DNA of 64,000 nt, taken from the NCBI GenBank assembly GCA_027031495.1, contig JALVQA010000009.1:16898-80897 (forward strand), read 5' to 3'. Below the pieces are notes generated by a model. It worked only from the letters and a program-made list of their open reading frames with translations, was not told where the DNA came from and did no database searches. Source of the DNA: Candidatus Moraniibacteriota bacterium (GTDB lineage: Bacteria; Patescibacteriota; Minisyncoccia; Moranbacterales; GCA-2747515). Position 1 is the stretch's first letter, and each line of letters opens with the position of its first letter. A program made the translations under genes and the position numbers. Below are positions 27,598-36,857 of the stretch, piece by piece.

Positions 27598-28680
27598 TTA
27601 CCGCCGTTCTGATTGTTTTAACGCCGGCGCAATAAACCGCATTTTTTTCTTCATGAGCGCGCCAAGTCGTTGTGGATTTGCGCTTACGATGCTCAGCACA
27701 CGCTCAACATCTTCCTGCGTCAGATGACCTATATCAACTTCCTCCCCCAAAAGAGATTTCAATCTTTCATAATCGTGCTCAACCGTTTTGAATACTTTGC
27801 CAACGTCATCAACTGTTTGAAATGGCTTGTCGCATTTCATAAGAAGTGCGCGATCTTGTTCTGTGTATTTCTTGGCGTTTTCTCTAAGAAATTGTTCAAT
27901 AAGCGTCAGATTATGTCGCGACTGTATAAGGTAAGTAAAATTCTCTGTTGATGGCTGCCCACCTTCATTGAGAGAACCCATCATATCAATATACGATGCC
28001 AGTAGCATAAAATCTTGCTGGCGCTCCGAAAAACCGGTATCAACAAAGTGCTTTTTATATGTTTTCGGATTTACTTTTGCAAACTGATATGCTACTTCAT
28101 GTTTTCTTACTGCGTTGACAATTTCTTCCGGTACGTTTTCTCTTTGCAAAAGATCAGCGCCTTTATTACCGTGCTGACCAGCCGGACCTTTTGACATGTG
28201 ATAGTACGAAATGGATACAATTGCTCTTCTCTTAAATGTTTTTGCATCATCACTGCCATACTGTTGCCATTCATCCCACGTAATTTCACGTCCTCTGTAT
28301 TCACCCTCAAACTTCAACGTAAGACAATCCGGCTTTGCAATGTCGTGAAGAAATACATAGTCAATAAATTTACTGTCTATTACTTTATTCTCGTTATTAG
28401 ACACAAGTGCTCTAAACCTCTCGCGCATGTTAACTGGCACACTATCATGGAAGCGATCACGCGCTACATCATGGAGCGCATTTAAAACTAATTTAAGGTG
28501 AGCGTCCATTTTCGGACCTTCATTATGATACCGCCCTCGCTGCGGTGTTTCAAACGATCGTTCTATACGCTCCGCCAATTGCGGGTATCGTTCGCAAACA
28601 CTGCGAAGCGCTTGTTCAAAAGACGGCACTTGTATCTGTTCCTGTTTTGATGTGCAGGCATGCGGGTTTTCTATAGACAT
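27598..28680 (-). CDS. Stand-alone HD-domain phosphohydrolase
   Basis: PQ...YHNEG..H, LHDIAKP, HG.KGA, KHE, D motifs like the HD domain of CCA-adding enzymes. Confidence 0.7.
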   Translation of the reverse strand: MSIENPHACTSKQEQIQVPSFEQALRSVCERYPQLAERIERSFETPQRGRYHNEGPKMDAHLKLVLNALHDVARDRFHDSVPVNMRERFRALVSNNENKVIDSKFIDYVFLHDIAKPDCLTLKFEGEYRGREITWDEWQQYGSDDAKTFKRRAIVSISYYHMSKGPAGQHGNKGADLLQRENVPEEIVNAVRKHEVAYQFAKVNPKTYKKHFVDTGFSERQQDFMLLASYIDMMGSLNEGGQPSTENFTYLIQSRHNLTLIEQFLRENAKKYTEQDRALLMKCDKPFQTVDDVGKVFKTVEHDYERLKSLLGEEVDIGHLTQEDVERVLSIVSANPQRLGALMKKKMRFIAPALKQSERR

Positions 28681-28706
28681 ATACTTTATTTACATGCATC
28701 TATTTT

Positions 28707-31124
28707 TTATGAAGATTGTACCTTGGATTTTCCGTAAAATGTGTGAAAAACTTTGTAAGCCCATACCTTAATCGTATCGTTAAGTATAAACCATACCGTA
28801 CTGTAAAGCCAAATTGCGACGACAACATCCCACCCCAGCGGTGCCATAAAAAAGCCACCAAGTGCAAATATTGTCCCGATAATGCGTGACGAAAAGGCCG
28901 GTACAAAAAAAGCGAGTGACGGAAATGGTTTGTGCCAAAAATGGTAGCGACCGGTACGTGTCGTGTACAGTGTGGAGTGACCGGAAACATCAAGTTTTAG
29001 AAAAATAGCCGTTTGAACCATTGCGAGTGACCACCCCAAAACATGCTGCGTGTACCATAACAGGAGAAATGACGAGATAAGACCGGTTACACCAAGAATT
29101 GTTGCAATGAACAATGTCTCCGGTAGATGCCAGCGCACTGGCTTGCTATCAGGTGGCGCATTATCGTAAGCAATTGCCATCACCGGAATATCATTAAGAA
29201 GCGCAAGTAGAATAATCATGATCGCTGTCAACGGCACGTCGCCGAAGAATATTGTTGCGAGTGAGATAAAAAATATGACGCGAATTGTCTCAGCGATACG
29301 AAACGTCGCATAGGCCTGCATACGTGCAAATGTTGTTCGCGCCAGACGTATGGCATGTTCAATTACCGACAAACCTTTATCCAAAAGGATTAAATCCGCC
29401 GCGGTGCGCGCTGCCTCCGATGCACCGGAGACCGCAATGCCAACGTCCGCCTTCTTAAGAGCTGGTGCATCATTGACGCCATCACCCGTCATTGCAACAA
29501 TATGCCCTTTTGATTGCAATGCCGCAACAATATCATACTTATCACGTGGTGCAACTTCAGCAAAAACATCGTTGCGCATTACCGCTTTTGCATCAATGCC
29601 ATCGTCTTTGATACGAATATCTTTTGCACGCACAACACGTGTGCCGATACCGATAAGCTCAGCAATATAGCGCGCAATTTTTGCATGATCACCGGTAAGC
29701 ATTTTAAGTGTAATATGATGTGCGCGTACACGCTCTACGGTACGTGCCGAATCTTCGCGCGGTGGATCCAAAAGTGGAACAAGTCCGACCGGCTCCAGTG
29801 TATCATTGTCAATATATTCACCAAGCGCCAACGTTCGGAAACCGTTGCGCGCAAAAGTGTCAATGTCGTCACTGACACGTGTACGCACGGCGGCGTTCTG
29901 CAAGCGTTCCAGAAGAATTTGCGGCGCACACATTATAATATTGCGCGTATGCTCACGGTTATGTGCGCGTACTCTCGTAACTTTACTGGTCGGATTAAAT
30001 GGAATAAATTTATCAATAACGTAATTACGCGCATCGCTGACGTATCCGTGAACAGCTGCATAGTGTGCAATCGCACGCTCAATCGGCGACTGGTTTTCTT
30101 TCTCGCTTGCCAATTGTGCATCTATAAAGAGATCACGCTCTGTATAACGCCCATAAACAATTGGTTTCGCAATAGAAAGCTCATTTTTTGTCAATGTACC
30201 TGTCTTATCAACACACAATACATCAGTGCCGGCAAGCTCTTCAATAGCAGTAAAGTTTGCAACAATTGCTTTACTCTTGGCAAGTATATGTGCACCAATT
30301 GCCATTGTGACCGACAGTACCGTCGGCAGCGCCACTGGCACAGAAGCAATTGCCAGTACCAATGCAAAGCGCAGTGTTTCTACAAATGACGTCCCTCGTA
30401 CGAAAAGGACGATAAATGTAATTATCACCATTATCAACGCCACAACAATTAAAAAAACACCGATGCGTACAATCGCGCGCTGAAAGTGACTTCTCTCATC
30501 AATCGCTGCCTGTGATACCAGTTGCATGTTAATGCCAATAGATGTTGCCGCCCCAATTGCTGTTACACGCGCCCACATACGACCACGCACAACGACGGAT
30601 GACGCAAAAAGCACATCGCCTTTTCCCTTATTTACGGGCAACGACTCTCCCGTCATGCTCGACTGATCAACAGCAATATCTATTCCCCCCAAAACCTCAG
30701 CGTCCGCCGGCACAATATCGCCAATATTGAGTTTAATGATATCACCCGGTACAAGTTCGCGTGCCGAAATCTCTCGGACAACGCCGTCACGCACAACAAG
30801 TGCTCGTGGCGTAAGCGTTTTTTTAAGTGCTGCAAGCGCCCTGGTCGCTTTCTGCTCTTGCGCAAAGTCAACACCAATATTAACACATAACAAAAGTGCA
30901 ATGATGGTAAAATCCTCCCACCGCTCCATGACCGCCGAAAGCACAAGTGCAATTTCAATCATTATAGGGATCGGTCCGACAAATTTCTCAAGAAAGCGCC
31001 CAAACGCAGAACGCTCTTCTTGTTTCACCTCATTAAAGCCGTATTTCTTACGCCGCTCATGTACGTCATGTTCTGATAATCCTTTCCACTTTTTTGCGCC
31101 TTTGCTTTTCTCTTCTTTTGCCAT
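28707..31124 (-). CDS. P-type H+-exporting ATPase (P3A)
   Basis: TGES, PVALP, DKTGTLT, DPPR, TGD, TGDGVNDAPALK, YATFRIAET, LND (proton-binding Asp). Confidence 0.92.
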   Translation of the reverse strand: MAKEEKSKGAKKWKGLSEHDVHERRKKYGFNEVKQEERSAFGRFLEKFVGPIPIMIEIALVLSAVMERWEDFTIIALLLCVNIGVDFAQEQKATRALAALKKTLTPRALVVRDGVVREISARELVPGDIIKLNIGDIVPADAEVLGGIDIAVDQSSMTGESLPVNKGKGDVLFASSVVVRGRMWARVTAIGAATSIGINMQLVSQAAIDERSHFQRAIVRIGVFLIVVALIMVIITFIVLFVRGTSFVETLRFALVLAIASVPVALPTVLSVTMAIGAHILAKSKAIVANFTAIEELAGTDVLCVDKTGTLTKNELSIAKPIVYGRYTERDLFIDAQLASEKENQSPIERAIAHYAAVHGYVSDARNYVIDKFIPFNPTSKVTRVRAHNREHTRNIIMCAPQILLERLQNAAVRTRVSDDIDTFARNGFRTLALGEYIDNDTLEPVGLVPLLDPPREDSARTVERVRAHHITLKMLTGDHAKIARYIAELIGIGTRVVRAKDIRIKDDGIDAKAVMRNDVFAEVAPRDKYDIVAALQSKGHIVAMTGDGVNDAPALKKADVGIAVSGASEAARTAADLILLDKGLSVIEHAIRLARTTFARMQAYATFRIAETIRVIFFISLATIFFGDVPLTAIMIILLALLNDIPVMAIAYDNAPPDSKPVRWHLPETLFIATILGVTGLISSFLLLWYTQHVLGWSLAMVQTAIFLKLDVSGHSTLYTTRTGRYHFWHKPFPSLAFFVPAFSSRIIGTIFALGGFFMAPLGWDVVVAIWLYSTVWFILNDTIKVWAYKVFHTFYGKSKVQSS

Positions 31125-31222
31125 TTTTGTTTTATTTTTCTCAATATATTATTATTGTATCACAAAGGTACATAATAACACGCGAAGTTAATAGCTAATT
31201 GAATAACACTTTTGCCGCAATC

Positions 31223-31259
31223 AAAAATAAAACCCCTTCTGTACACATGTACAAAGGGG
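31223..31259 (-). terminator. Intrinsic terminator
   Basis: ccccttctgtac/gtacaaagggg stem with U-rich tail on - strand. Confidence 0.7.
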
Positions 31260-31406
31260 CTAATGAATAATGTTCTGAAAATATGACATGTTATCCCTCA
31301 CCTTAAAAACAATCTCTCCTGCAAAATGCGCCACACATTGCTGCGCGACACACCCTCGCCATTCGTATGGCACTTTTACATAAGAAGCGTTGCTAAACAC
31401 TCTCAC

Positions 31407-31778
31407 TTATTGCACAGCATCACTGCATGCTTTTATGCAGATCTCCTCTGCGCAACTGTCTGGTATTCCACTATATTTCGCACGTGTGAAAAATGGTTGC
31501 GGAATATCAATTTCTATTGGCGCAATCTCCAAGAAATCCTTTTTGTCCTCGACGCGTGTAATGCGCGCCAACGGCACAGAAAAATCGCCAGCAAGATCCT
31601 CCATGCATCTCTTGAAATCTTCAGAAGATGTGTAGATTTCGTGCATCTTTCGTCGCTGCATGTAGCGCAAAACATGCACATAAAGCCGTGCCACAAAAGG
31701 GCGTGGCATATCCTTTACCCTCTTTTTAAAGAAGGCAAAAAAAGTATCCGGCACCCTTAGAAGGTGACTTCGCATCAT
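31407..31778 (-). CDS. Hypothetical protein (123 aa), possibly truncated by a nonsense codon
   Basis: AAGGAG SD before ATG; frame stays open for 48 more codons after TAA, to 31260. Confidence 0.55.
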   Translation of the reverse strand: MMRSHLLRVPDTFFAFFKKRVKDMPRPFVARLYVHVLRYMQRRKMHEIYTSSEDFKRCMEDLAGDFSVPLARITRVEDKKDFLEIAPIEIDIPQPFFTRAKYSGIPDSCAEEICIKACSDAVQ

Positions 31779-31812
31779 TTCTTCTCCTTCTCTTGTTCAA
31801 TTTTTTAAAAAG

Positions 31813-33009
31813 TTAAAAAACAATTTTACGGAAATTTTTCTTTCCAACTCTTAGTATGCTGTTGTTTTGTTCTTTTGTCAATGTTTGCATCACGTCGGTG
31901 ATTTTTTCGTCGCTGATTTTGATGCCGCCCTGCTGGATTTTGCGGCGCGCATCACTTTTGCTCTTTGCAAGGCCGGCACGCACAAGTACATCCACGAGCG
32001 CTTCACCATCCGTTACAGCAAGTGTCTCCACATCCTTTGGTATAACACCTTTACTAAAAGTTTCTATAAAATAACGCTCTTCAATATTGGCACTTGTCGC
32101 GTCATGGAGAAGTGTTACAAGCTCTTTAGCAAGACGGATTTTTGCATCGCGTGGGTGAATACGTTCATCTGCCATACCACGCTCTATCGTGTGGACATCC
32201 GCCATTGGCACACGCGTACAGTGCGTAAGGTACGGCACAATCAACTCATCAGAAATACTCATTACTTTACCAAAAACATCACGCGCACTATCAGTAAGGT
32301 TAATTGTGTTACCCCAACTACTACTCATCTTACGCCCGTCCGTACCAATGATCAATTCTGTCATTACGACATCTTGTGGCGCTTGACCAAAACGTGGCTG
32401 CAGTGTACGACCTGCAAGGAGATTAAAGCGCTGATCAGTGCCGCCGACTTCCACATCTGCCCTGAGAACGACACTATCATAGCCCTGCATTAGCGGATAG
32501 AGTACTTCACGCAAATTGACACGTTTACCGGCATCCAACCGTCGCTTAATGTTATCTCTCTGGATAAATTCATGCACACTGAATGCGTCCGCCAATCCTC
32601 CGATTTCTTTAAAGCCAAGCTTATCCAGCCATTCAGCATTGTAAACGACTTCCGCTTGTGCGATATCTATGATCTTGCCGGCCTGCGCAACGTATTGTCG
32701 CATATTTTCCGCCACTGCTTCATGACTAAGCATTGGTCGCTCAGCGTCTTTATCGGACGTATCACCGATAACACCCGTTGCATTACCAACAAGAAGAATA
32801 ATTTTGTGTCCCAGCTTTTGAAAATCGCGTAATTTCAGTAATGGCACCATGCGCCCAATATGCAAATGGGGGCTTGTTGGATCAATGCCGAGTTTGACAC
32901 GCAAAACATCACCGCTCTCAAGACGCTTCTTGAGATGGTTACGCTCAATCACTTCATCAACACTTCGTGTGAGCAATTCTTCAATACGTTTATCCCTATC
33001 GTGGTGCAT
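31813..33009 (-). CDS. tyrS: Tyrosine-tRNA ligase
   Basis: GIDPT..HLHIG, YPLMQGYD, GGTDQ.FN, KMSSS, C-terminal S4 domain. Confidence 0.97.
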   Translation of the reverse strand: MHHDRDKRIEELLTRSVDEVIERNHLKKRLESGDVLRVKLGIDPTSPHLHIGRMVPLLKLRDFQKLGHKIILLVGNATGVIGDTSDKDAERPMLSHEAVAENMRQYVAQAGKIIDIAQAEVVYNAEWLDKLGFKEIGGLADAFSVHEFIQRDNIKRRLDAGKRVNLREVLYPLMQGYDSVVLRADVEVGGTDQRFNLLAGRTLQPRFGQAPQDVVMTELIIGTDGRKMSSSWGNTINLTDSARDVFGKVMSISDELIVPYLTHCTRVPMADVHTIERGMADERIHPRDAKIRLAKELVTLLHDATSANIEERYFIETFSKGVIPKDVETLAVTDGEALVDVLVRAGLAKSKSDARRKIQQGGIKISDEKITDVMQTLTKEQNNSILRVGKKNFRKIVF

Positions 33010-33021
33010 AGACAGAAAGTA

Positions 33022-33378
33022 TTATTTCAAACCAAGACGCCTCTTCGCAAGACGATACTGATCATCACTCATCATGCCGGCCGCCTTCATGGCATCCAAC
33101 TGCTTTAGGATCTCATCTTTATTCTTTTCAATATTCTCCGGTGTCATTGCCTTTTTCATGATTTCCCGTTGCTTCTCCGGTGACATTTTTTGAAACTGCT
33201 TCCATGCAAGCCGTTGAATCATGTTCATCTTTGACAGGTCCGGCTCGCCTTGTATACCGGCAAGCGTATCCGCAAGATCATCTGATGATAACGCCTTTGC
33301 ACCATCATTGCTACTACTGTTTTTCTTGCTATCACTATCACTTTTTTTTACGCTTTTTTTGAAAAAATTTTTTAACAT
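33022..33378 (-). CDS. Small Met-rich helical protein with C-terminal SHOCT-like motif
   Basis: LDAMKAAGMMSDDQYRLAKRRL fits the SHOCT pattern; lies in operon between secF and tyrS. Confidence 0.7.
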   Translation of the reverse strand: MLKNFFKKSVKKSDSDSKKNSSSNDGAKALSSDDLADTLAGIQGEPDLSKMNMIQRLAWKQFQKMSPEKQREIMKKAMTPENIEKNKDEILKQLDAMKAAGMMSDDQYRLAKRRLGLK

Positions 33379-33399
33379 ATTTTTTATACGCTATACTAG

Positions 33400-34341
33400 T
33401 TACTTATCACTTTTTATACGCTTTCTATGGTCATTGCGATGACGCCAATTGTATGCCGTTACAAGAAGTGCTGTTGCAATAAAAATGGAAGAATACGTCC
33501 CGGCAACAATACCAATGAGCAAAGCAAGCGCAAAGTAAAAGAGTGGCGCACCACCGAAGAAAATAATTGTCAAGAGAACAACAACCACCGTCAATGATGT
33601 ATTCAGGGAGCGCGCGAGTGTTTCTTTAATGGATCGCCCTACAATGTCCTCAAAGGATCTCTTTTTACCGAGACGCAAAATATTCTCGCGCACGCGGTCA
33701 TAAACAACAATTGTGTCATTAACAGAATACCCAAGAACTGTCAGGAGTGCCGCAATAAAAGATATACCAACCTCAACATCTGCAAAATAACCAAGAAGTG
33801 CGAAAATACCGAGAACAATCACGATATCGTGCACAAGCGCAATAATCGCACTCAGACCATATCCCCACGACGACACAAAAAATGAAACTTTGCGGAATGC
33901 CCATGCTATATAAATCATAATCACAACAATCGCGATTACAATTGCTTTAAATGCATTGTCTTTGAGTTGTTGCGATACTGATGCACCGACAAAGTCAACG
34001 CGCAACTGTACGAGATGTGGCGATTGCTTGCGCAATGCATTTATAATTTTCTCGTTTTGCTCTTCTGTTGAGCGCGCATAGCGCATCACGATCGTATTTG
34101 CATCTGTTTTTTGAACAACTGCCGTCGTAAAGCCGGCCTGTGCGATACTTGCACGTACAGCATCAATGGATGGCAGCATACAGTCCTTTGCATCCTGCTG
34201 ACAGCCAATCTCCATCAGAGTACCACCCGTAAAATCAATACCGGGCTTCAAACCAAAATGTACAAGCGCACCGATACTCACAGCAACGATAAGTGCTGAA
34301 AAGGTATACGTGTACCGTCGTATTGTAAGAATCTTATCCAT
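33400..34341 (-). CDS. secF: Protein translocase subunit SecF
   Basis: GIDFTGG, ALVHD, GYSVNDTIVVYDRVRE, GTYSSIF. Confidence 0.97.
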   Translation of the reverse strand: MDKILTIRRYTYTFSALIVAVSIGALVHFGLKPGIDFTGGTLMEIGCQQDAKDCMLPSIDAVRASIAQAGFTTAVVQKTDANTIVMRYARSTEEQNEKIINALRKQSPHLVQLRVDFVGASVSQQLKDNAFKAIVIAIVVIMIYIAWAFRKVSFFVSSWGYGLSAIIALVHDIVIVLGIFALLGYFADVEVGISFIAALLTVLGYSVNDTIVVYDRVRENILRLGKKRSFEDIVGRSIKETLARSLNTSLTVVVVLLTIIFFGGAPLFYFALALLIGIVAGTYSSIFIATALLVTAYNWRHRNDHRKRIKSDK

Positions 34342-34347
34342 AATATT

Positions 34348-36102
34348 TTATACGCCAATCAACCATTTTAATTTTTCCAGACGCTCGTCCGCAATAGAAC
34401 GCAAAAATGTACGCACAAGCACCACCGCCGTAAACATAGATACCGTCACACCGATAAAGAGAATAATTGCAAAACCCTGTACGAACCCACTGCCCACACC
34501 AATGAGGATAAGACAGATCAAAAGCGTTGATATGTTACCGTCACGAATACTTGGCCATGCGCGCTCAAAACCAATCGCAACCGCACTCTTGAGTGTCTTG
34601 CCACGACGGCGCTCTTCTTTGATACGCTCAAAGACGAGGATATTTGCATCAACAGCCATACCAACAGAAAGGATGAAGCCGGCAATACCCGGCAGTGTCA
34701 GTGTGATTGCAAGACCACCAGGCAAAAGACCGGAGAGCTTAAAGATTGTTACAACCGTCATCGCATAAACAACGAGCGCTACCGCTGCAACAAAACCAAA
34801 AAAACGATAGTAAAAGATCATGTAAATCATTGTTAACGCAAGACCTGCCATACCGGCCTTAAGCCCTGCCTTAAGTGCTGTCGCACCAAGTGAAGCATCC
34901 ACCGATTGCTGGGATACAAGTGTGATCGGTACCGGCAACGCACCTTCGTTAAGACGTGATGCAAGCGCCTTTGCTTCTTGTGGCGTAAAGCTACCTGTGA
35001 TCTGTGCCTCACCATTCGTAATTTCCGCTTGAATAACCGGTGCGCTAATTAACTGGTTGTCAACAAAAATTGCAAAACGCTCACCAATATGCCCCTTTGT
35101 GATATCAGCAAACATTTTCGTGCCTTCATCGTTAAAATGAAGTAATACGCCCGGCTCGCTAATACCACTACGTGACGCACTACCGGGATCATAATCCGCA
35201 CTCTCCAACTGTGCCCCGGTAAGTTGCGTTGGTTTCCACATAAGATCTGGGAAATCGGCAACTGTACGTTTCGCTACGAGAATATGTCGCGCACGCACTT
35301 CCCGCACCTCTTCCGTTTCACCGGGAATATCTTCCCCTGTCAATTGATCCTTCTTTGGGCGCGTTTTTATGCGCTCATCCTCTTTCTTGATAATGTGCCA
35401 CCCGTACTGTGTTTCCACAAGTTTTGGATAGACGGCACCAACAGCAAAATCGTCACTAAAAAGCACCTTATCAAACGGCTCTACAAACACGCCTTGTTCT
35501 ACGAAGCCGAGATCCCCACCTTTCTCAGCGCTGGCACGATCATCACTATACTCTTTTGTCAACTTCTCAAAATCCTCACCACTCAGCGCGCGCTTAAGAT
35601 ACTCCTGGGCACGTTTATGTGCTTCTTCGTTGACTTTTTTGATAAACTCCTGTGTTTGTGGATCATCCGAAATATCCTCGCGAAAATCAAGAAACGGTGT
35701 CTCCTTAATAACAGCTTTTGCTGCGTCAATATCGCGAAGTCCTGGCAACTCTACAACAAGGCGCTGCTCATCGCCGGCTGTAATGCGCTGTACAATTGGC
35801 TCACCAACACCAAAAGCATTGACGCGCCGCTCCACAACGGCTTGCACAGCATCAAGTGCATGCGCTTTCTCATCTGCTGTCGTACCATTGCCATTGCCAT
35901 CGTGTATATCTGATAAATCAATTGCATATTCCAGGTGGATACCGCCCTGCAAATCAAGACCAAGATTAACCTTCAGTGCTGCCACTTTTTCACCAAGCCA
36001 TGGCACACGTGCAACAGTCTGCGGAAATGTAATCACGGTAACACATACAACAAAAAGGGCGATAAGGCCAAGAGCTATACGATTCTTTGTTCGTCGTTTC
36101 AT
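34348..36102 (-). CDS. secD: Protein translocase subunit SecD with inserted parvulin-type PPIase domain
   Basis: LGLDLQGG, RVNAFGVGEP, GALP, GMAVDANILVFERIKEE; insert has YSDD..S...GGDLG, TQYGWHIIK, ARHILV. Confidence 0.95.
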   Translation of the reverse strand: MKRRTKNRIALGLIALFVVCVTVITFPQTVARVPWLGEKVAALKVNLGLDLQGGIHLEYAIDLSDIHDGNGNGTTADEKAHALDAVQAVVERRVNAFGVGEPIVQRITAGDEQRLVVELPGLRDIDAAKAVIKETPFLDFREDISDDPQTQEFIKKVNEEAHKRAQEYLKRALSGEDFEKLTKEYSDDRASAEKGGDLGFVEQGVFVEPFDKVLFSDDFAVGAVYPKLVETQYGWHIIKKEDERIKTRPKKDQLTGEDIPGETEEVREVRARHILVAKRTVADFPDLMWKPTQLTGAQLESADYDPGSASRSGISEPGVLLHFNDEGTKMFADITKGHIGERFAIFVDNQLISAPVIQAEITNGEAQITGSFTPQEAKALASRLNEGALPVPITLVSQQSVDASLGATALKAGLKAGMAGLALTMIYMIFYYRFFGFVAAVALVVYAMTVVTIFKLSGLLPGGLAITLTLPGIAGFILSVGMAVDANILVFERIKEERRRGKTLKSAVAIGFERAWPSIRDGNISTLLICLILIGVGSGFVQGFAIILFIGVTVSMFTAVVLVRTFLRSIADERLEKLKWLIGV

Positions 36103-36164
36103 AGATCAATATTATCCTCAATAACGTTACAATCTTACCTCAGATTGCAAAATAAGGCAAAGTA

Positions 36165-36668
36165 TTACTGCACCGTCAGGTATTCATGTGCGCACGCCAA
36201 AATACGTCGTCCATTATCAAATGTTAATTTGTTGTACGCCGCTTCAAACGGCAACCACGCATAGTTTTTGTGCTCGTGAGAGAGCTGTACCTCCTCGCCA
36301 CCATATGCTTCAACGAGATAAAAATGAACTTTTTTGTAGATAAAAATACAGCGACGTTGTTTTTCCCGTTCTGTACGCTCACTTCCCTTTGCTGTGTACG
36401 AAAAACTCATGCTTTCACGAAAGCCCTCCACGCGCTTTAACTTCGTCAAGTGTGTTTCCTCTTTGATCTCGCGATACATTGTCTGCTCCTCTGTCTCACC
36501 TTCCTCCATGTGTCCACGCGGAAATTCCCAGTGTCCATGGCGATACTGGATCATGAGATATTGAATGCCACCACCACGCGTACGGCGAAATACAACAGCG
36601 CCGACAGACACTTCCAGCGACAAACACCACGGCGCAAACGCGCCCAAAATTTTCTTTTCTACAGACAT
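36165..36668 (-). CDS. NUDIX hydrolase (Ap4A hydrolase-like)
   Basis: WEFPRGHMEEGETEEQTMYREIKEET Nudix box; LSHEH..Y.W. Confidence 0.9.
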   Translation of the reverse strand: MSVEKKILGAFAPWCLSLEVSVGAVVFRRTRGGGIQYLMIQYRHGHWEFPRGHMEEGETEEQTMYREIKEETHLTKLKRVEGFRESMSFSYTAKGSERTEREKQRRCIFIYKKVHFYLVEAYGGEEVQLSHEHKNYAWLPFEAAYNKLTFDNGRRILACAHEYLTVQ

Positions 36669-36820
36669 TTTGCAATTTTTTAGACTTATAAGAATCCGTA
36701 CTGTGTGCCACACCAAAGTACACTGCAACACACAACTTTTTTTCTCTATACACTTAAAGACACACTCCTATCGGCACACTATTGCCGCAAAAAGAGTACC
36801 GTTTATAGGGCTAGTATAAC

Positions 36821-36855
36821 ACACAAAGAAATACTTCGCACGTATTTCTTTGTGT
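36821..36855. terminator. Perfect 14-bp inverted repeat, likely terminator of the glutaredoxin-CcdA gene
   Basis: acacaaagaaatac-ttcgcac-gtatttctttgtgt. Confidence 0.65.
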
Positions 36856-36857
36856 AT

